Of a stretch of DNA of 64,000 nt, positions 54,517-64,000 are shown in pieces. Source of the stretch: Amoebophrya sp. A120 (taxonomy: Eukaryota > Protista > Dinoflagellata); the NCBI GenBank assembly GCA_905178155.1, contig CAJINV010000022.1:1-64000 (forward strand). The letters run 5' to 3'. The position numbers and the translations under genes are program-made. Positions within the stretch are counted from its first letter, which is position 1. Every line of letters starts with the position of its first letter. Below the pieces are notes generated by a model, which saw only the letters and a list, made by a program, of their open reading frames with translations, had not been told where the DNA came from and made no database searches.

Positions 54517-55513
54517 GCCCGCCCCTGGTGGGAAGGGAAGTCGTGAGAGGGGCCTTGTGCCCAGATGCGCTACTAGAGGTAGACGCATCAAATCGCGCAA
54601 ACTAAGCGGCAATACGCCGCTGCTCCTGGCGAGTGAAGAAGGGCGGCGCCCGCAATCCTGCGCGCGATCCCCCTACCCCTGGTGGCTGTTCTCTTGTTCT
54701 TGAAGAAGAGCCCCGCTCTGGAAGCGGGCGAGCCTTGCAGGCTCCTGGTGAGCAGGCGAGGCGCCTCGCCGTCTCTGTTGGGTGAGATGGTGGTGGGGTT
54801 TCGGCCGGCTTAACCTGAACAGCCCAGCGCCACACCCTGCCCGACCAGCCACTCCGAGGAAGGCCCTCGGGCGTGTTGCCGCGTCGTGTGCGAAGAGGCC
54901 CGGCATGGCGTGCCTCTCTCGGCCTTCGGCCGTATCAGTGGGCACGCTCGCACCGCCGTAAGCCCTAGCGCCCCACGCCGCGCGCAGCAGCTGGCGGCAC
55001 TTCCCGGGGATGGACGGAAGCGGTGGGGCCTGCGCTATTCGGGAAAGCCTTGGCGGGCACCCCCAGCCCCCTGGCGGGGCCGGCGCCGCTCTTCTTGACG
55101 AAGGGCGCACAGCAGGGCTCTGCGCCCCTTGCACCGCTGGCGGGCAAACTGCACCCGCGCGCCGCACAGATAGCGTCCGGCCTAAAGTCAGACGACAATT
55201 AAGGGACGCGCCCAGGTAGCGCGAATCGGGATCCTTTCGCCGTAGTATAATCAATCTGTGTTGCCCACCTGGTGTGCGCCCTCTGATTGGTGCTACTATA
55301 CGGAACGAGTGCAAGAGCCGGTCTGCCAAGGCCACAAACCTCCAGCGCGCTGTTCTCCTCCAGCTCTCGCCACTTGATGTTGCGACTGCGTAGGAGGGTT
55401 ACGTTTCGCCGGGCCTCCACAGCCTCGCTGTCCGGCGGGTTGCTGCAAGTATAGCAGGGCTAAAGAGCGGGCGCCGTGTCTGTTTGAAACAAGAGCGGAT
55501 CAAATACAATACA
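54517..55513. mobile_element. About 1-kb GC-rich insertion with a 15-bp direct repeat, possibly a truncated non-LTR retroposon
   Basis: ATGTAGAAAGCGCAT at 54502-54516 and 55514-55528; short AATAC repeat before the right copy. Confidence 0.55.
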
Positions 55514-55734
55514 ATGTAGAAAGCGCATCGTTACAAAGACAAACGGCATGTGCATGTTGTCTGACGGAATAAAGGGAAATAAATTGAGATATGTATAATA
55601 TACTGTGGCGCCATCTTCAGTTCGTTGTATTTACAGAGGTTTTTCGTGACACGAAGATGGCGGGATGGCATTTTTTGCTGATATCACCAGTATGAGTCGT
55701 GTAGTACTACATGTGCCACTTTTCTGGTGGATAG

Positions 55735-58700
55735 AGGAGGCAAATCAAACAGGAGTGCGAGGACGTATGGAGTTCTCAAACGTTACATTCTCAACTGTTA
55801 CGTGAATTTGTCATGCAGAAGTACAACCATCATCCACAAGATCAAGCTGCTTCGCATGACAAATTTGCGAAGGACTAAACAGCGCCTAAATCTGCGCGGG
55901 ATTTGTAATGCAATTTTTGCAATCTCCCCCCTTTTGCTTATTTTGCCATTCTTGCATTACAGATTCATGTAACAGTTGAGAATGTTGTAACGTTTGAGAA
56001 CGCCATAGGACGCTCGGGACCGAGAAAGAAAGAAGTGGACGAGCCTCCTGCACGAGATGTATGCATTGCAAATATGTCTGGGTCTGGAAGGATGCAACTT
56101 GTGACGCTGTCTTTGGATTCTAAAAAGATCTGTATTGCATGGCCAGCAATAGGAGTCCAGTGTGTGCGACGCGGAGAGGGCATTTGTCATGCGGAATAGG
56201 CATCAGGAAGCCCTCTAAAAATCCGTGACGCTAGGCCATGCATTACAGGAATCAGATCACGATTCGTGCAAAACATGCATGGCAAATCTTGCTTTCTTCC
56301 AGACCCAGACACTTTTGCAGTTGATAAGATGCACACGAAAGCGATCCAGGGCGAGCGGATCTCTCTGCACGATTACAAGCCTAGCGGCGATCCCGATGGC
56401 CGTATTGTTTTCCAGAAAAATAGCAAAAACGCCCAACTGAGGCACGACCTTTCTCTGTGGCAAAATCTAGCAAGGCGTGCGCGCGGCAGGATTCCCGCAC
56501 ACCAGCAGGCGGCGTTACTAGCTCCCGTGCTTGCAGTACGCGGGGGCGACCTGGAGGCCCTGCTTTCCGCAGAGAAGATTGAAGCGGTTTGGAACAGTGT
56601 TTTCCGAGCTACTGAGGATGCGACAACGATGGCGAGGAAGTGCGGGGAAGCCGACGTCTTTATGCAGAATATTTTAACCGAGCCGACTTCGGGAATACAG
56701 ACACTGCTGCAAGGCACGCAGTTTGGCAGCCTGGTGGAGCGCTATAGTATCGAAACAAACTTTCGAACCGTGTGCGTGGCCGCACCCTGGCGGTCATATC
56801 AACTGTAAAAATGTCTGGGTCTGGAAGAATCCAACTTGTCATGCTGATTTTGGATTATAAAAAATCTGTATTGCATGAGCAGCAAAGAGAGTCTAAGTTT
56901 TGCTACACGCAGAGGGCATTTGTCATGCGGTATAGGCATCAGGAAGCCCTCACAAAATCTGTGACGCTAGAGCACGCATCACAGACATCAGGAGTCATGC
57001 AAAATGTGCATGACAAAGCTGGCGATTTTCCAGACCTAGACATTTTTACATTTGATAGGTCAGCATTTCTTACCATCGATCTCGCACTCACCCAATACAA
57101 AGCTTCGTATCACATGTAAAAATGTCTGGGTCTGGAAACTTGTGATGCTAGGTGGCGTCTCATGATGAGGCCACAAGTGCTGGCTCAGCATGACAAGTTT
57201 CTGAGCTTCTAGGTGTTGCCTATTCTGCATGACAAACTGCGTTTCTGCATCACAGAAAAGTGGAGCTCTTGGGTAGCGTGCATGACAGATTTAAGAGTCA
57301 TGCCAGACAAGCATGACAAACATGCATTCTTCCAGACCCAGACATTTTTACATTTGATACTTCGGTGCACTTTGCCAAGAAGGTGTTTGAGGACAAAAAG
57401 TTAACCCTTCACGCAACGGAAGTAGTACCGTATGGCATCTTCCGAGAGTGGGAGGTCGAGGAGGGTTTGGACGCACTAGTACCCCCCGGCAAGCGGACAA
57501 AAAAACTCGAGGAGCCGCTTGCGAAAGCCCAAGAGGTCCGCAAAACTTTGCGGCAGACCGCTCGACTCCCCCCCCTGACCCCCGAGGAAAAGCAAGTGCC
57601 TCCCACGGCGGAACTTTTCCAAGCTGGCACAAAGAAGGGCCCCCTGCGGACGAGTTTTGAAGCCGCAAAAAAAATGGTGGAGGACGCGGAGATAACGCAA
57701 AGGAAAATACAGCAAAACTATTTCTATTGGGCAAACGAACAGAAGAAGTTTGTCAAAGAAAAGACGGAACGAAATGCAGTGCTTCGCGAAGCGGAAGAAC
57801 GTGCGGTCTTGCTGGCTGCCGCACGCTATCAAATGCAAAAATGTCTGGGTCTGGAAGATTGGAACTTGTGATGCTAACTTTGGACTCTAGAAAAATCTGC
57901 ATTGAACCATGACCAGCAAGAGGAGTCTAGTTTGTGCTACCCGGGGAGGGCGTTTGTCATGCGGAGTAGGCATCAGGAAGCCCGCTCAAAATCTGTGATG
58001 CGCGGTCGTGCATTACAGACATCCTGGGTCTTGCAAAACATGCATATACAAATCTCAGAATCTTCCAGACCCAGACATTTTTACATTTGATACACACTAC
58101 GAGATAGCGGAGATCGGGAAACGAGAGACCACATGGGCCGCAGACACCATATCAAATGCAAAAATGTCTGGGTCTGGAAAGTTGCAACTTGTCATGGTAA
58201 TTCAGAATCATGCAAAAATCTGTGTTGCGTGATTGCCAAAAGCTTTCCACTTTTGGCCTATTCGAGTGGCAGTTTCTCATGCAGGATAGACTTGATAGAA
58301 CTCTCACAGAATCTGTCATGCTATGTCCTACATACCAGACCTCATGGGTCATGGAAAACCTGCATGACAAGTCTGGCAATCTTCCAGACCCAGACACTTT
58401 TGCAATCCAGACACCACCCCGGAGCACCTTTTTGGGCAGTTCGTCGAGGGTTTCAGGAAAGTGCTGCATCTCCAGGCGGAGAGCGGGAGTGCGTTTGCTG
58501 CACTTCTTTCCCAATGGACTAGGCCGGCAGCAGAGGGGGGCCCTCCGCGCCCGCGGCTTCCCATATTAACGGATGGTCAAGAACTCGACGTGCTGAGGCC
58601 TTTGCGAGTAGTAGAGAGCGACGAGGCCGCGGAAGAAGCCAAAGTTGTGGCGTATCGGTATCGATTTTCCGCATTTCCCGACCAGAAGCAGTATCCTTGT

Positions 58701-60414
58701 ATGAGATGTTAATTCTCATTCTCAACTGTTACATTGTTTCCTGTTATTCACGGTCGGCGATTTTTACTTTTGTTTACAATGCAAAAGCAAAAGCGAGAGC
58801 GACAGAGCAATACCAGTACGGGGCAGTTTGCGCGTCCTCTTGCGTTGGCATGATTGGTGGCACGGATGAAAATTTTTGTGCTATTTGGTTCATGCCGCCA
58901 AGAACTTGCCATGCGAAGCAGCTTGATCGCGTGGAGGGTGGCCAAGCTCAAGGGATAATTCTGCATGACAAGAAATGTATCAAACGTAAGAGCAGTTAGC
59001 AATGAGTAGCAATGCTTGAGAGCCCGCCCATACCTTTTTTGGCAACGCTTTGCCTCCTCCGGAGTTCTCAGGACGCGATCGGGCGATTCACGATGAAGTC
59101 AGAGGACGACAAGCTACTCGCACAGGACCAGTCCGCGATAGACACGCTCTATAACCAGTTGAAGGTGGACCCGCGCTATCCAGTGCAAATAAACATGTCT
59201 GGGTCCTCCTCTGGAAGTATGCAGCTTGTAATGCTAGCTTTGGACTCTTCATAAAATCTGTATTGCGTGAACAGCAAAAGAGGTCCAATTTTTGCTGAGT
59301 ACACACACAGGGCATTCCTCATGCGGTATGAGCATTAGAAAGCCATCGCAGAACAACAATTTCTGATGCTTGGGCATGAATCACAGACCTTATGGGTCAT
59401 ACAAATTCTGCATCACAAACTCCAGCATTGTCCCAGACCCAGACATATTTGCATTTGATACGCGCACGGAGGTTCTGAAGACCCTGACGATGGACGTTGT
59501 GGCTGAAGAGCTTGTGTTATGAGACGAGTGCACAAGTAGAAGTACTACTTCCCACAATCTCTATTTCATCTTGAGCGGAGGTATCATGTGGTCATCTAGC
59601 AACACAAACATAAATGAAGATTTAGATTTGCATGATTTTATGCATTATAAATGAAGATTAGATTAGATTCATTAATTTCTTTTGGGCGACAAATGAAAGG
59701 GGGGAGGGGGACGACGAGTTGTGCATTTTCATACGTGCCCGCACTGCTTCTGACCGCACTGCTTCCGGTTCCGAAACTATTACCACGTCCTCTCGCGGCA
59801 GATGATGGCACTGGAAGTAGGAGTGCAGCTCTTCCGCTGCGGGAAGCGTCTACCTCGCCCGAACGAGAGGAAGGGCTACGTCGTGTACCCCGAAGCTCCT
59901 CCCGTTCTGCTCGTGGGCGTTCGAAAGCGTATCAAAGGGAAAAATCCCCCCACCCCATATCAAAAAGAAGTTTCTGATGCTGGCTTTCAGTACACAAATC
60001 AGATTTGTCTTGCAGTAGAGGACTGCAGGTATATGCCATCAAGCCTGAGCGGCGATGTTTTGGCGTAGGCTTCTAGCATGAAAAACGTCGATGGTGTAGG
60101 CCCAACAGCATCACAAACCGCCTGCATAATGCGGCGGATTCTCTGGATTTGCTTGCATGCAAGACAGGCAGGATTTGTGGTTACAAATCCGCATCACAGA
60201 TTTTCAGAAGGATGCGCTTTCAATGTGGGGAGGGGCGATTTTTCCTCACAATAAAGCGAAAAGTCCATCACCATCTCGCGACGCAGCGGAGCCGCATGGT
60301 CGCAGCAGCAGCAGGAACGGCTCCTCTCCTTCCAGGTCACCCTCGCGGGGTCGCAAGAAGTGCTGCACCCGCCGGAGGTCTAGGTTGGACGAAACGTCGT
60401 GTACACTTTCATAG
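55735..60414 (+). CDS. Unknown protein, 3' part (about 640 aa) with an Arg/Ser-rich C-terminus; 10 TIR introns
   Basis: Removing ten element+TSD units leaves 1923 nt in one open frame ending at TAG 60412-60414. Confidence 0.75.
55766..56007. mobile_element. TIR introner, family F
   Basis: About 40-bp TIR; TSD GGACG. Confidence 0.95.
56060..56326. mobile_element. TIR introner, family D
   Basis: TSD AGATG. Confidence 0.95.
56797..57057. mobile_element. TIR introner, family D
   Basis: TSD GGTCA. Confidence 0.95.
57108..57359. mobile_element. TIR introner, family D
   Basis: TSD CTTCG. Confidence 0.95.
57827..58092. mobile_element. TIR introner, family D
   Basis: TSD cacgc/cacac. Confidence 0.93.
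58150..58411. mobile_element. TIR introner, family D (inverted homolog of 16013-16274)
   Basis: TSD CACCA; right end AGA. Confidence 0.93.
58700..59032. mobile_element. Degenerate family F-like introner
   Basis: TSD ccttg/ccttt. Confidence 0.82.
59177..59460. mobile_element. TIR introner, family D-like
   Basis: TSD CGCGC. Confidence 0.92.
59518..59733. mobile_element. Degenerate family B introner
   Basis: TSD tgtgt/cgtgc; frame restored. Confidence 0.78.
59930..60253. mobile_element. TIR introner, family E, absent from the paralog
   Basis: TSD AAGCG; empty site near 48022-48026. Confidence 0.95.
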
Positions 60415-61068
60415 GATGAAAGTGTAACTGTTTTACATTGTTGTATAAATATAAATACACGAGGAAAGCTTGCCATGGGCGGCCCCATAGCATGCTGCTT
60501 CGGATACGCAACACAGTACTTATTTTTGCACGTACAAATATGACCTTCCAGCTTTTTCTCTGGGATAAGTGGCAGTTGGCGACCAAGGAGCCGGTATGTT
60601 TTGAAGAGGATTGAAAAAGGAAAACAGCGTAAGTAGGCTGTTAGGAACAACTGCGCGGATCGTGGTGGGCCTACAAGAATGAATTCGAGTTTTTAAATTT
60701 GTATTGTTGAGATGTAAAAAGTCAAAGCTTACAGGACTTTCTCCTAGTTGCTGCCATAGAGTATATCATAAACCAGCAGATGCAGAAGCTTTATTATAAT
60801 GATAAAGCCTCGGCGGGAGGTGATGATTTACGCTTTGTTTGTTCCTTCACAAGTAGTATGTATAGACAAGAAGATGTAAAAAGTAGTAGTAGATGTATAA
60901 AATTATCAAAACTGCACCCCTACCCCAACTTGGTACTTCAACGCAACATCTATTTTACAGGAAACAAGATAGCATCGAATTTGAGAAGTACCCACTTCAG
61001 GTGATGTTTTACGAGACCTCTGTAGCGAAGCCTCTTTAAAAATTTTTGGCCTGCCTAGTTTACTATAA

Positions 61069-61832
61069 CCCACTTCGTGTGTTTAAAGAGACCTGAGTAG
61101 CAAAGCCTTTTGAAAAAAGAACACACTGACAAATCTACTTGAGTTCTAACACCGGCGCACTCCGCGGCCCCGTCGCGTGGTCAAGAATTTACATATTGAA
61201 AGTTGTATCTCAGCAGTTGTGCAGCTTTACAGTAGTAGAACACCGCGCTGGGGGTAGGTTTTTGGTACGCTTTTTCGCTACAGTTTTGAGATCTTTTGAA
61301 CATACAACTAGTTTGGTGAGGTCATTTTCTTTTTTGTTCAGTCGCGGCCGATGGTGGAGGTGCCAGTCTGTCAGAAGGGCACTCCACTCGTCGTCCGCCA
61401 CTGATTTTGCAGGCCACCAGGGGAGGAGAACAACTACAGTCCACCAATGGAGGGCTACAGCCCACCAATAGACTACAGTCTACGACTGGTGGAGTGCAAC
61501 TACAGTCCTCACGAATGGACCGTCTAAGACCAAAATTATGAAAGCAAGCCGAGCGCTGATTTTCTTGGATCTTTCTGGTCTGTTGTCGGCGCACGGGAAA
61601 AAAAATTGGAAAAAATCTTCTAACGAACCTGTCTCGACGCAGACGGGAACAGGAACAACGTGGTCACATACTATCATTCGATATTATCGTGCGGACGAAT
61701 TGGAAGATATTTTTTGCTGCAGATATGCAGGCGCGGGTGGCAAAAATTGCAACAAAAAACCTCCAGCTCTCGACTAGGGGCCGCTGCAATTAGGAGCTGC
61801 AAAGATAAGACCTGCAGCTCTCGACTTCGTTC
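61069..61832 (+). repeat. Near-identical duplicate of 48595-49344
   Basis: Direct comparison. Confidence 0.93.
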
Positions 61833-62575
61833 GGGGCAGGTGCAAAGCCAAAGCGAAATTGTGTTTTCCTTTCCGTCGTGAAGATGTTGGTCCAACTCCT
61901 CGCTTTCGGAAGATCCCCGACTTTTCTTTCTTTATTTTGATGTGGTCGTCGTCGTTCGTACGTGTTTACAGGATTTTTCCGTCGTCGTCTTGCGATCTTC
62001 CTTGAGCCTGACATCGTCGCGCTGAGGGCCTGCGTTGAGTTTTTAATACCGTTAGTGAAAGAACGAGCACGCTTGTGTCACGCGCGATGAACTTTTTATT
62101 CGAAAGTCAACGAGTTCCGAAGGTCATCTCCCATTCGTTATCTGACACGACGAGAGGTGGTCGTAAGAGTATCTAATTACAAGTGATGAGCAAGGTAGTA
62201 CTAGTCCGTCGCCACAGTTTTTCTCGTTCTCGTCGACGTCGTCATGGGAAGGTAAATATTATGTGAATTATGTCGTCTGTTGTTTAGTTGCTTGTACTAC
62301 ATCAGGACGATAATCTTTCAAATACATTTTTAATTTTAATATATATACGATTGCCAGGTCGTTGTCGTTGTCGTCTTCGTCGATGATATTATGGCCACAC
62401 TATGTATAAGTTGAGAATCTACTAGTACTTCCACTACAATTATTTTCATCACATTTATTGGCCGGCTGTACCAGTTTGTTGCAGAAGGAAGGAGAAGTTA
62501 GATTTGTTCCATCTTCCGTGGCATTTCAAACATCGAACAATCATGACTCGTCGTATCGTCCTGTGTAAAAACGTA

Positions 62576-63787
62576 CCCCTTCCGCCAGGGTGAATTTGGG
62601 TGTGCAAAAACGTACTGTATCGTAGCGTACAGAAGGGTGAATTTGCAGTGAATTTGTATTGCATGACTTGCATTTACTTAAAAGAAAAGTGCGCTACGTA
62701 TGGACACGAGCCCAAGCATCCCACAGAGCGTGAAGGGCTGCTCGTCGCGTGGTGGCGCTTGCAGCACCGAAAGAGGTGGTCTTGCGGGGGCTCGCCGGGC
62801 TGTGTAGTGCGTATGGAACCAAAGAAGGTGGATCGGGTGGCTCTTTCTTACTCTTCTGCGCGTCTGCCTCAGAAGTTCCTCTTTGGAATTGTCAAAAGGG
62901 AGGGCGACGCCTGAACACAGGGGCACTAGTTCAACGCGTATGCTCTCACGAGTTGTGGTTGGCTCGGCTTGGACTTGGATATCTGGGAGCAGCCTCGGGT
63001 GGAAGGGGAGGCACGATTCGGCCGCGGACGCTAGCTTGCTTCGCCTGCTGTGCTCTGCTCACAACTCCCCACGTGTTTTTTTGCCTCCGGAGCGAGGCCT
63101 TTTCGACGTGACCCCCAGGTCAGGAATTCTCTTGGTGAATTTTGGGGCTTTTTGTTTTGGCGACACTTTTTTGAAGCCCCAAAACCCGGAGTTTCTCGTG
63201 CGTTAGCGAATTTTGAATAGGCACCTTGGGCCAAAATTCACCCACGGCGTTTTCAAAATTCACCCCAAAATTCACCGGGCCCCCCTTTTCGACCGTGATA
63301 AGCAAACTTTAGCGCAGAAAAGTGCTCAAAAAAGTGCACAGGTAGGCCCTGGGGAGTGGGGCCGAGGAGAAAAGACAAGCGCCCTCTGTTGCCCTCAGCC
63401 CCTCTATATTCTGCCGAAAAGGCCTGGTGGGTTCACGCGCCTGCCGGATGGAGGCGCCAAAGCTCTCGGCTTGGTCCTTTCACCCTTGCTCTCGCGCCTT
63501 CTTGCCTAATTACATGCGCTTCGCAGCACTTTCTTTTTGGCGTCTTTGCCGCGGCTGCTGCAGTGCTCTTATGCGAGCACGGGGAGACGAATACACATGG
63601 CCAAAGAACGGCACCCAGGCCATGTCTCGAAGCTGCCCGCCGCATAAGCCTTGACTTCTGCGGTGTGCAGAACCCACTTCCCAGAAGGGCAAGAGGGGCA
63701 ATGTCCCGGCGGGCTCATCTGCAATTTGGCATGCAAAATTCACTACAAATTCACCACTTCTCATGCTAACGGGTGTTAAAGCTCTAG
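62576..63787. mobile_element. About 1.2-kb GC-rich insertion with subterminal inverted repeats, flanked by a 36-bp exact direct repeat
   Basis: ATCATGACTCGTCGTATCGTCCTGTGTAAAAACGTA at 62540-62575 and 63788-63823; GGTGAATTTG(C/T)AGTGAATTT inverted near 62635 and 63745. Confidence 0.65.
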
Positions 63788-64000
63788 ATCATGACTCGTC
63801 GTATCGTCCTGTGTAAAAACGTAGCCATCTTCCCACCAGGCTGAGGCTTGTCATTCAGATTTGCATGCGCAGCAAATGCAAATGTCGTGCTCTCATTGCT
63901 TATTTTCCACCTGGCAGCACGACCCACTTTCTAGTAGTCCGTCGAAAACATAATCATCTGGTCCGTTGTGTTTCAGAGTCTGTGTCATGACGCTCGTTTA

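Noticed and set aside
54673-55335. 220-aa minus-strand ORF as a transposase or reverse transcriptase
   Set aside because: No recognisable catalytic motifs; long ORFs are expected by chance in GC-rich DNA
55766-59460. CRISPR-like alternation of repeats and unique spacers
   Set aside because: Repeats are inverted pairs with TSDs, the spacers are exons of variable length, and there are no cas genes

Overview
Eukaryotic (protist) genomic scaffold with a 955-N gap at 6252-7206. From 9.6 kb onward, + strand genes are interrupted by about 60 short elements (mostly 150-400 bp) that I located by eye. Each starts TAT(C/G), ends (G/C)ATA, has family-specific terminal inverted repeats (TIRs) and is flanked by a 5-bp direct repeat (TSD). 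Removing each element plus one TSD copy restores conserved frames: NVL/Rix7 AAA-ATPase (5 elements, 1093 aa), AP-1 gamma-adaptin (15 elements plus 5 GT-AG introns, 904 aa), an RPC5-like protein and several unknown genes. They are therefore inferred to be transposon-derived non-canonical introns (introners). Such elements are already known from the parasitic dinoflagellate Amoebophrya, which is my inferred, unverified source. The window adds mechanistic clues: orientation-independent removal, an empty-site paralog, an internal motif shared by unrelated families, TSD changes that create GT/AG sites, a micro-exon made only of TSDs, a nested element, and 1-1.4 kb GC-rich inserts with long direct repeats. 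No transposase, rRNA, tRNA or CRISPR was recognised. Splicing is inferred from DNA only.
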